This document shows, piece by piece, positions 7,612-13,857 of a stretch of DNA of 13,857 nt. The notes beneath the pieces were generated by a model. The model was not told the DNA's origin. It saw only the letters and a program-made list of their open reading frames with translations, and did no database searches. The stretch spans positions 1 through 13,857 of the forward strand of contig JAEORO010000005.1 in assembly GCA_016840855.1 (NCBI GenBank). Reading direction: 5' to 3'. The DNA comes from Candidatus Thorarchaeota archaeon (GTDB lineage: Archaea > Asgardarchaeota > Thorarchaeia > Thorarchaeales > Thorarchaeaceae). The stretch's first letter is position 1. Each line of letters starts with the position of its first letter. A program made the translations under genes and the position numbers.

Positions 7612-8431
7612 TTTGCCTTATGCACCTGTGGGAGACATCGAGATCTATTATGAAATTCACGGACCACTTGACGCTCCACCATTAGTACTCATTGGAGGAT
7701 GGGCTAGCTATCGTTGGATTTGGTTTCGACAGATTCCAGTCTTCAAGAAGAAATACAAATGCATTGTATTTGATAACCGTGGAGCAGGAAGAAGTTCCAA
7801 ACCAGACTATCCCTACACAGTGGAAATGTTCGCTCAAGATACAATTGGCTTGCTGGATGCATTGCATATTGATAGCGCTCATATCTTGGGGATTTCAATG
7901 GGAGGATTGATAGCTCAGCAAATTGCCATTTCTTACCCAAAGAAAGTTCGGAGCTTGATTATTGTGTCAAGCCATTTTGGGGGGCCCAACCAAATTCGGA
8001 TGGATGAAAGAACAATGGCTTTGTTAATTGCCCTACCCACTGAAACAATCTCAAAGGAGCAAGCTAGGGCAATGAGATATAGGGCAACATTCACTCCGCA
8101 ATTCCTACAGGAAAATAAGTCAGTAATAGAACAAATAGATGGATGGGCTGAGAAATATCCTACACCACTCTATGCTCAAGTGCATCAAAGTGCAGCAACA
8201 GCTGAGTTTGATGCTGAAACTCAATTAAACCAGATACATGCACCAACACTAATTGTTCACGGCGATAATGACCTTGCTGTTCCACCTAAGAACGCTGAGC
8301 TTATTGCTGAGAGAATATCGGAATCAAAATTGGTATTCATCAAGGGTGGCGCACATTTCAGTATCATCGAAAAGTATGAGGATTTCAATAATACTGTGAT
8401 GGAGTTTATTGATGAAGTGGAGAAAGAATGA
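7604..8431 (+). CDS. Alpha/beta-fold serine hydrolase (esterase/lipase, enol-lactonase-like), paralog 1
   Basis: FDNRGAGRS, nucleophile elbow GISMGG, HGDND, GGAHF. The true start may be TTG at 7613 (MPYAPVG..., aligning with MPVCKVN... of paralog 2, with GTGAT upstream). Confidence 0.92.
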   Translation: MIDLPYAPVGDIEIYYEIHGPLDAPPLVLIGGWASYRWIWFRQIPVFKKKYKCIVFDNRGAGRSSKPDYPYTVEMFAQDTIGLLDALHIDSAHILGISMGGLIAQQIAISYPKKVRSLIIVSSHFGGPNQIRMDERTMALLIALPTETISKEQARAMRYRATFTPQFLQENKSVIEQIDGWAEKYPTPLYAQVHQSAATAEFDAETQLNQIHAPTLIVHGDNDLAVPPKNAELIAERISESKLVFIKGGAHFSIIEKYEDFNNTVMEFIDEVEKE

Positions 8432-8508
8432 TTCACGATTTTAAAGAATTAAGAAATTTTGCTTGGACATAGTATCAGTTTGAATGATTATAAAAAGAGA
8501 TGATATAG

Positions 8509-9519
8509 ATGATTCGTTCAGCAGTTGTCACAGGCTTGGGAATATACATCCCTGAGAAAATGTTGACAAATGAAGATATTGAGCTGATGCTCAACCGTCC
8601 TGGGACTGCTGAGTGGCTTGTAAAGAATGTTGGTATCAGACAACGTCATATCATGGCTGATGATGAAGTGACATCTGATCTTGCAGCAAATGCAAGTCGT
8701 GAGGCATTGGAAAAGGCAGGTATCGATGCTGAGGAACTTGACCTAGTAATTTTGAGTACTGATACACCAGACTATCTTTCTCCAGCAACATCAGTAGTAG
8801 TTCAACACAAGATTGGTGCGATAAATGCAGGTACATTTGATGTCAATTGTGCATGTGCTGGTTTGGTCACATCCTTGGACATTGCATCTCGATTTATAGG
8901 ATCAGATTCAGAGATTAATTCAGTTTTAGTGATTGGTGCTTATGGCATGACTAAATTTGTAGATTGGACCGACCATTATACATGCACCTTGTTTGCAGAT
9001 GCTGCAGGAGCAATGATACTACAATCAAGCGAGGACAAGGAGGGATTCATTGCCTCAAAACTGATTGCTGATGGCTCCTTTCATGACCACCTAGGAGTCT
9101 TTGTCGGGGGTACCGCAGAACCTCCCACAATTGAAGCAATTCAGAATAATAAGCATCATTTAGCTTTTCGCAAACGATTTCCTGCAGACACCAACCTCAA
9201 ATACTGGCCAGAACTAACAAGAGATTGTTTGACGAAAGCTAATCTAACTATTGATGATTTAGAGTGGATTTTCTTCACTCAAGTAAACTTGCGCACCATT
9301 GAAGCGGTTATGAAGGAACTGTGCTTGCCACTTGAAAAGACCCATAATGTCATGGATAAATGGGGATACACAGGTTCTGCATGTATAGCACTAGCAATGT
9401 ATGATGCCATTGACCAAGGGAAGCTTCCACCACCAGGAGAAGGAAATGGAGAGTATATTGCGCTGTGTTCGTCAGGAGGAGGATTCAACATGGCAGCCGC
9501 TGTGTTGAGATGGTGGTAA
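8509..9519 (+). CDS. 3-oxoacyl-ACP synthase III (FabH-fold)-like protein with non-canonical active site (KAS III-like 2)
   Basis: GLGIYIPEKMLTN, GIRQRH, TDTPDYLSPATS, FDVNCACAG (Cys116), LFADAAGA, FTQVN (Thr257 for His of HQAN), WGYTGSAC (Tyr287 for Asn of GNTSAAS), SGGGF. Confidence 0.92.
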   Translation: MIRSAVVTGLGIYIPEKMLTNEDIELMLNRPGTAEWLVKNVGIRQRHIMADDEVTSDLAANASREALEKAGIDAEELDLVILSTDTPDYLSPATSVVVQHKIGAINAGTFDVNCACAGLVTSLDIASRFIGSDSEINSVLVIGAYGMTKFVDWTDHYTCTLFADAAGAMILQSSEDKEGFIASKLIADGSFHDHLGVFVGGTAEPPTIEAIQNNKHHLAFRKRFPADTNLKYWPELTRDCLTKANLTIDDLEWIFFTQVNLRTIEAVMKELCLPLEKTHNVMDKWGYTGSACIALAMYDAIDQGKLPPPGEGNGEYIALCSSGGGFNMAAAVLRWW

Positions 9520-9597
9520 TGAGTTTTTTATTGTGGTGGTGAGTGCCTACATAGTAGCATAGTTGAAAGATGATTGAATTCTTGCTGAGGGATACAA

Positions 9598-11148
9598 ATG
9601 GTGAATCAGTTTGATTATTTATCCAAGAGAGATGTCTTCTCACCGGAAGTTGAAGCCTTGGTCGATGTGGAAACAGGAAGAAGGTATACATATAGGGTAT
9701 TTAACGAGCGAGCGAACCAAGTGGCGAATTTCCTCCAAAAGGAGATAGGATTTCAAAAGGGAGATCGTTTATGTATTATTGCTCAAAATAGCCTGGAATA
9801 TTGGGAGACCTTTTTCGGATGCCAAAAATGTGGAGGCATTTTCAGTCCACTAAACTGGCGATTAGTAGCTCGAGAGTTAGCCGGTTTAATCGATGATTTA
9901 ACCCCCTCTGCATTATTCTTTGATAGAGACATGGCCAAGGTTGCATCGGAGCTAAAAACACTGGTTTCAATTGAACATTGGATTTCATTGAGCCCAGAAG
10001 GAGAGCAGATTGATGATTCCCTTTCATATGAAGACATTATGAATAATGCTCCATCCAGTCCACCTAATGTGGTGAATCTCTCCTATGAAGATCCAATGGG
10101 TATAGTATTTACTGGAGGAACAACTGGCTTACCGAAAGGTGCAATGATTACCTATAGACATGTTGCATTCAATACACTCAACACGATTAGAGACATCCTT
10201 CCAGCTGATGTATACATCAACCATCTACCTCTGTTTCATGTGGGAGGACTATATGTATATGCTATTCCACTTTTCATTCTCGGAGGAAAAGTAATCCAAA
10301 TGAAGAGGTGGGATCTTGATACTTTGATAGATGTGATCAATAAAGAGAAACCAAACTTTTTCTTCGCGGTGCCAACACAATACCGAATGTTGATGAATCA
10401 TTCAAATTTTGAATCAGTTAACTTCAGTAGTGTTCGATTCCTGACATCAGGTGGAGAGCCTTTACCCATAGACATCATCAGGACATTTCGAGAGAAGCAT
10501 GGTGTCAAATTCAAACAAGGTTTTGGAATGACGGAAGTCGGACCAGGGTGTTTTGCTCTAGACCCTTGGGATGCAGAACAGAAGATTGGGAGTATTGGTA
10601 CGCCAAATTTCTTTATTGATGCAAAAGTTGTTGATCCTGAAACAGGAAAGGACTGTAGTGCAAATGAGGTTGGTGAACTTCTATTTCGAGGCCCAACAGT
10701 GACAATAGGTTATTGGAATCGACCAGAATTGAATAAGACTCTTTTAGACGAAGATGGTTGGTTTAAAACTGGGGATATGGTGTATTTTGACAAGGAAGGA
10801 TATTACTATGTAGTGGATCGAGTAAAAGACATGTTCATCTCAGGAGGCGAAAATGTCTATCCACGAGAGATTGAGAAGGTTCTCGAGCAGCATCCAAAAA
10901 TTGCTGAAGTGCAGGTAATCGGAGTGCCTGATTCGAAATGGGGAGAGGTTGGACGCGCTATTGTAGTATTGAAACCCGGACAAGAAGCAACAGAGAAAGA
11001 GATAATCGACTTCTGCAAAGATAAATTGGCAAAATTCAAAATTCCAAAATCTGTTGTCCCCATTGACAGTTTTACTCCGTATATCTCTGGAGCAGGAAAG
11101 ATCCTAAAACGGAAACTGCAGGAGGATTATGGACAAGAGGAGAAATAA
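9598..11148 (+). CDS. Long-chain fatty acid/acyl-CoA ligase (ANL superfamily), paralog 2
   Basis: PLNWRL, FTGGTTGLPKGA, PLFHVGG, GFGMTEVGP, KTGD, RVKDMFISGGENVYP, KIPK, GKILKR. GAGGGA upstream of the ATG. Confidence 0.93.
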   Translation: MVNQFDYLSKRDVFSPEVEALVDVETGRRYTYRVFNERANQVANFLQKEIGFQKGDRLCIIAQNSLEYWETFFGCQKCGGIFSPLNWRLVARELAGLIDDLTPSALFFDRDMAKVASELKTLVSIEHWISLSPEGEQIDDSLSYEDIMNNAPSSPPNVVNLSYEDPMGIVFTGGTTGLPKGAMITYRHVAFNTLNTIRDILPADVYINHLPLFHVGGLYVYAIPLFILGGKVIQMKRWDLDTLIDVINKEKPNFFFAVPTQYRMLMNHSNFESVNFSSVRFLTSGGEPLPIDIIRTFREKHGVKFKQGFGMTEVGPGCFALDPWDAEQKIGSIGTPNFFIDAKVVDPETGKDCSANEVGELLFRGPTVTIGYWNRPELNKTLLDEDGWFKTGDMVYFDKEGYYYVVDRVKDMFISGGENVYPREIEKVLEQHPKIAEVQVIGVPDSKWGEVGRAIVVLKPGQEATEKEIIDFCKDKLAKFKIPKSVVPIDSFTPYISGAGKILKRKLQEDYGQEEK

Positions 11149-11150
11149 CT

Positions 11151-11945
11151 ATGCCAGTCTGCAAAGTGAATGGGGTGAAAATCTACTACGAATTACATGG
11201 GGAAGGTGAACCTGTCATCTTTGGTAATGGCGTTTTCTCAAACACATTGGGATGGGTTAATCAACTTCCGGTCTTCTCCGAAAAGTATCAGGTCATTCTA
11301 TACGATATGCGTGGACAGGGACAAAGTGACAAACCTGAAGGTGTTTATTCCTTCGAGATCCATGTTGAGGATCAAAAGGCACTTCTCGACGATCTTGGAA
11401 TTTCAAGAGTCCATCATGTCGGGATAAGCTACGGAGCGGAACTTGGTCTTGTTTTTGCACTAAAATATCCTGAAATGTTGAAGAGCTTGGTTGTTTGCAG
11501 TGCTGTTTCATATTTGGAATCAGTCCTCTATGAAATGGCACAACTTTGGAGATACGTTTGCGAGCTTGGTGATCCTGACCTTTTTTATCACGCTACTGTA
11601 CCATTGAATTTTGGAGAAACTTTCATTCGAGAAAACACTGCTATCTTAGAACAAGCAAAAGTTCGTTATAGCCAATTGGATTATCCACCACTTGTAAGAT
11701 TAATGGATGCTTTTCTTAAACTAAATATCTCAGAGAAGCTATCACAAATCAAAACACCGACTTGTGTTATTGCTGGGGAGAATGATATCTTAAAACCAGT
11801 CCATCCATACTCAAGGCTAATTCATGACCGTATACCAAATTCAGAACTGATCATTATTCCTGATTCAGGTCATGCTGTTACATTCGAAAAACCTGAGGAG
11901 TTCAATAGCATAACGCTTGGGTTTTTGAACAAGCACCATGAGTAA
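11151..11945 (+). CDS. Alpha/beta-fold serine hydrolase, paralog 2
   Basis: YDMRGQGQSDKP, GISYG nucleophile elbow, GENDILKP, SGHAVTFEKPEEF. Starts 2 nt after the ligase 2 stop, with GAGGAG upstream. Confidence 0.92.
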   Translation: MPVCKVNGVKIYYELHGEGEPVIFGNGVFSNTLGWVNQLPVFSEKYQVILYDMRGQGQSDKPEGVYSFEIHVEDQKALLDDLGISRVHHVGISYGAELGLVFALKYPEMLKSLVVCSAVSYLESVLYEMAQLWRYVCELGDPDLFYHATVPLNFGETFIRENTAILEQAKVRYSQLDYPPLVRLMDAFLKLNISEKLSQIKTPTCVIAGENDILKPVHPYSRLIHDRIPNSELIIIPDSGHAVTFEKPEEFNSITLGFLNKHHE

Positions 11946-11961
11946 ATTGCTATGCCACTTG

Positions 11962-12068
11962 AGGTTCCTTAAGAGATAAATAGTAGGGAACCTATCTATT
12001 AGAGATAGACATAGAACAGTCTATGTTCTGACTTTAACAGTACACTATCATGAGAAGTACTGTTAGGG
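11962..12068 (+). promoter_or_regulatory. Cluster of four consecutive inverted repeats upstream of the binding-protein gene
   Basis: AGGTTCCTTA-N12-TAGGGAACCT (11962-11993, 9/10); CTATCT-N5-AGATAG (11992-12008); ACATAGA-N4-TCTATGT (12009-12026); TAACAGTAC-N13-GTACTGTTA (12035-12065), which abuts the SD GGGGAGG (12066-12072). Confidence 0.55.
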
Positions 12069-12079
12069 GAGGATAGAAG

Positions 12080-13576
12080 ATGAGAAAGTTAAGAACAATA
12101 TCTCTATCTCTTTCGTTGCTATTACTAGTTTCCATCTTCCTGCCTTGTTTTATGGTCAGACCGGCTGTGGCGCAAACTCCTGAACCAATTAAAATTGGAA
12201 TATTCGTCCCAGAAACAGCAGGTCTAGTGACATACGCACCATGGACAAAACAGGGTTTCGAGTTGGGAATGATATATGCAACGACGATGATGGGATACAA
12301 TAATGAGAATGAAACCGAAGCGGGTAGACCCTATGAGCTTTATTATTATGATACGCAAGGCGACCCAGTCCACTCTGCGGCTCTTGCGGTTGAAGCTATT
12401 GAAACCGATGGAATTGATATTCTTGTTGGAGGAACATCTAGTGCAGTTGCCGCTGCAATAGCGCCTATCGCAGAAAGCTATGAGAAGCTGTATTTCATTA
12501 CTCCAGCTGCTGCTTCTTCGTTGACCGAATCCGGCTTTAATCCGTACATATTCCGTATCGCAAGAAACAGCTGGCACGATGCTTATGCCGGCGTTACATA
12601 TGCTATGGATACACTCGGTTACACGAAATTTGCCTTTCTTGCTGCTGACTATTCCTTTGGATATGCTGGCGTTGATTCAATGGCAGCAGTAATCGAAGAG
12701 AAAGGAGGAACAGTACTAGGTTCCGTATATGCAAGTCTTGTTGATACAGATTTCTCTCAAGAGATTGATGCTCTCAAAGCAATTGATTTAGTAAACGATA
12801 TTGAGTATCTGTTCATCATCTGGGCTGGTAACTTCGCATATCTGTATGGGGATCTGGCAACCTATAATCTTGCAGCTGACATGGAGATTGCTGGTGCATG
12901 TATCGATATACTTTCAATGAATCTCATTGAAGCAAGTTTGACACCTCCAGCTACCTACATCAACTCCACGGGTCTCTGTCTATATGGTTATGATCTACCT
13001 AACAACGCAGTAAATGATTGGATGGTGGCGCAACATGTTGATAGAGATATCTATCCTGATCTTCCATATTACTCATTTCGGGCACCAGAGCTTTTCACAG
13101 CAGCAGGATTTGCTACAGCACAGTTCCTTGTGGATGTAACAAATGAAATCGCTGACCTTGATACTGGTTTGATGATAAACTATCTAGAAAGTGGAGTCAC
13201 GATAGATTGTCCTAAGGGATCAATATACTTGAGACCTGAAGACCACCAAGGACTTGCAGAGATGTATATAGCAAAAGCTGTGAATGATACCCGTACAGGA
13301 TCTGAAACAGAGAATATGGTAATTGCTGAACTAGTTGAAACACTAGACCGCGACACAGTCGCACCTCCAGTTGCATCAGAATGGAACGGAGATCCTTATG
13401 TCCCAGGTGGATTCGCACCACCACCGACTACAACGACATCACCAACAGCAACAACAACCCCAACAGGTACGGTAACACCACCCCCAGGTTTTGATATCTT
13501 GACTGTTAGTGTAGTTGCAATCGTTGGAGTAGTTCTAGGATTTATCGTAGCTGCAGTAATCTTTCGTAGGAAGTAA
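12080..13576 (+). CDS. Leu/Ile/Val-binding-protein family (type I PBP) ABC substrate-binding protein with C-terminal membrane anchor
   Basis: Signal peptide ending AVA-Q; PIKIG, YDTQGDP, LVGGTSSAVA, YIFRIARNS, LAADYSFG, PKG...RPEDHQ. Thr/Pro linker, hydrophobic helix and RRK tail at the C-terminus. Strong SD GGGGAGG. Confidence 0.9.
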   Translation: MRKLRTISLSLSLLLLVSIFLPCFMVRPAVAQTPEPIKIGIFVPETAGLVTYAPWTKQGFELGMIYATTMMGYNNENETEAGRPYELYYYDTQGDPVHSAALAVEAIETDGIDILVGGTSSAVAAAIAPIAESYEKLYFITPAAASSLTESGFNPYIFRIARNSWHDAYAGVTYAMDTLGYTKFAFLAADYSFGYAGVDSMAAVIEEKGGTVLGSVYASLVDTDFSQEIDALKAIDLVNDIEYLFIIWAGNFAYLYGDLATYNLAADMEIAGACIDILSMNLIEASLTPPATYINSTGLCLYGYDLPNNAVNDWMVAQHVDRDIYPDLPYYSFRAPELFTAAGFATAQFLVDVTNEIADLDTGLMINYLESGVTIDCPKGSIYLRPEDHQGLAEMYIAKAVNDTRTGSETENMVIAELVETLDRDTVAPPVASEWNGDPYVPGGFAPPPTTTTSPTATTTPTGTVTPPPGFDILTVSVVAIVGVVLGFIVAAVIFRRK

Positions 13577-13583
13577 AAACTAT

Positions 13584-13619
13584 AAAGTAAGGGGCAAACC
13601 CTTACTTTTCCCTTTTTTT
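13584..13619 (+). terminator. Intrinsic terminator-like hairpin plus U-tract
   Basis: AAAGTAAGGG-gcaaa-CCCTTACTTT (perfect 10-bp stem) beginning 8 nt after the stop, followed by TCCC and T7 (13613-13619). Confidence 0.75.
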
Positions 13620-13703
13620 CACTCATTCAGATAACATATCAAAGGTCAATCAATCTCATTCAAAGTTTCCATTCTTAGGACTTGTCTTTAATAATCAAAT
13701 TTG

Positions 13704-13723
13704 TGAATAGATATCTATATTCA
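13704..13723. promoter_or_regulatory. Palindromic AT-rich site upstream of the next gene (possible promoter/operator)
   Basis: Perfect 12-bp palindrome ATAGATATCTAT (13707-13718) within TGAATA-N8-TATTCA, about 70-90 nt upstream of ATG 13793. Confidence 0.3.
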
Positions 13724-13792
13724 ATATTAGTCTGCAAAGAAGAAATAAGCAGATGATTCAAACGATGATTTGTCCTCGCGAGGTAGGAAATT

Positions 13793-13857
13793 ATGAAAAA
13801 CCACCTAAAACTACTTGGAATTCTATGTGTCATTTTGTGGGTTATCCCAATCATCAC
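13793..13857 (+). CDS. N-terminus of a secreted or membrane protein (runs off the right edge)
   Basis: ATG at 13793 preceded by GAGGTAGG. It translates MKNHLKLLGILCVILWVIPII..., a basic N-region followed by a hydrophobic stretch like a signal peptide. Not in the ORF track. Confidence 0.65.
   Translation, partial: MKNHLKLLGILCVILWVIPII

Noticed and set aside
8509-9519. Calling either KAS III-like gene fabH or a pseudogene
   Set aside because: The canonical His/Asn are absent, so fabH is unsupported. The frames are full length with the Cys and fold motifs intact, so there is no sign of decay.
9511-9542. TGGTGGTAA gene end echoed by TGGTGGTGA 23 nt later, with a T6 run between
   Set aside because: Too short to distinguish from chance. 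The T6 may be a weak terminator but cannot be supported.
281-11945. Calling the cluster oleABCD (olefin/beta-lactone biosynthesis)
   Set aside because: The KAS III + ANL ligase + hydrolase mix is similar. However, the hydrolases have Ser nucleophiles rather than the Asp of OleB, no OleD-type reductase is in the window, and neither KAS III has the His/Asn pair retained by OleA. Kept only as an analogy.
1321-11945. Assigning menE, menH or pcaD to the ligases and hydrolases
   Set aside because: Only superfamily-level motifs are visible, and no other menaquinone or beta-ketoadipate genes are nearby.
13418-13489. ACA/CCA-rich low-complexity stretch as a DNA repeat or CRISPR-like element
   Set aside because: It is explained by the Thr/Pro linker codons. 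I saw no repeat-spacer periodicity, cas, transposase, tRNA or rRNA signature anywhere in the window.
192-13626. The many 60-133 aa alternative-frame or antisense ORFs in the track (e.g. 192-428, 821-1222, 2947-3249, 7353-7682, 12224-12577, 13396-13626)
   Set aside because: They overlap well-supported genes, show no recognisable motifs and look like shadow frames.
13675-13857. Minus-strand 60-aa ORF at the right edge
   Set aside because: It has no motif and conflicts with a plus-strand start at 13793 that has a strong SD site and a signal-peptide-like sequence.

Overview
This AT-rich window is almost fully coding and holds one coherent lipid/acyl-metabolism locus arranged divergently around 2851-3034. 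The left arm (minus strand) carries an acyl-CoA ligase, a KAS III (FabH-fold) enzyme and a truncated SRPBCC/START-like protein that the ORF track missed. The right arm (plus strand) carries LivG-, LivF-, LivH- and LivM-type ABC subunits, a Ser alpha/beta hydrolase, a second KAS III-like enzyme, a second acyl-CoA ligase, a second hydrolase and an acidic Liv-type binding protein. These are followed by a hairpin/U-tract terminator and the start of a secreted or membrane protein. The binding protein is anchored by a Thr/Pro linker, a C-terminal TM helix and an RRK tail, which with TATA-like promoters suggests an archaeal host (possibly Asgard; inference only). The most notable points are: (1) every enzyme is doubled (2 ligases, 2 KAS III, 2 hydrolases) with no ACP, reductase or regulator in view; (2) both KAS III proteins keep the catalytic Cys but lack the canonical His/Asn pair (Cys-Arg-His plus Asp; Cys-Thr-Tyr); (3) both permeases carry extra membrane segments, including a 3 x 69-bp tandem TM repeat; (4) a cluster of four inverted repeats lies upstream of the binding-protein gene. 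I saw no RNA genes, CRISPR arrays or mobile elements.
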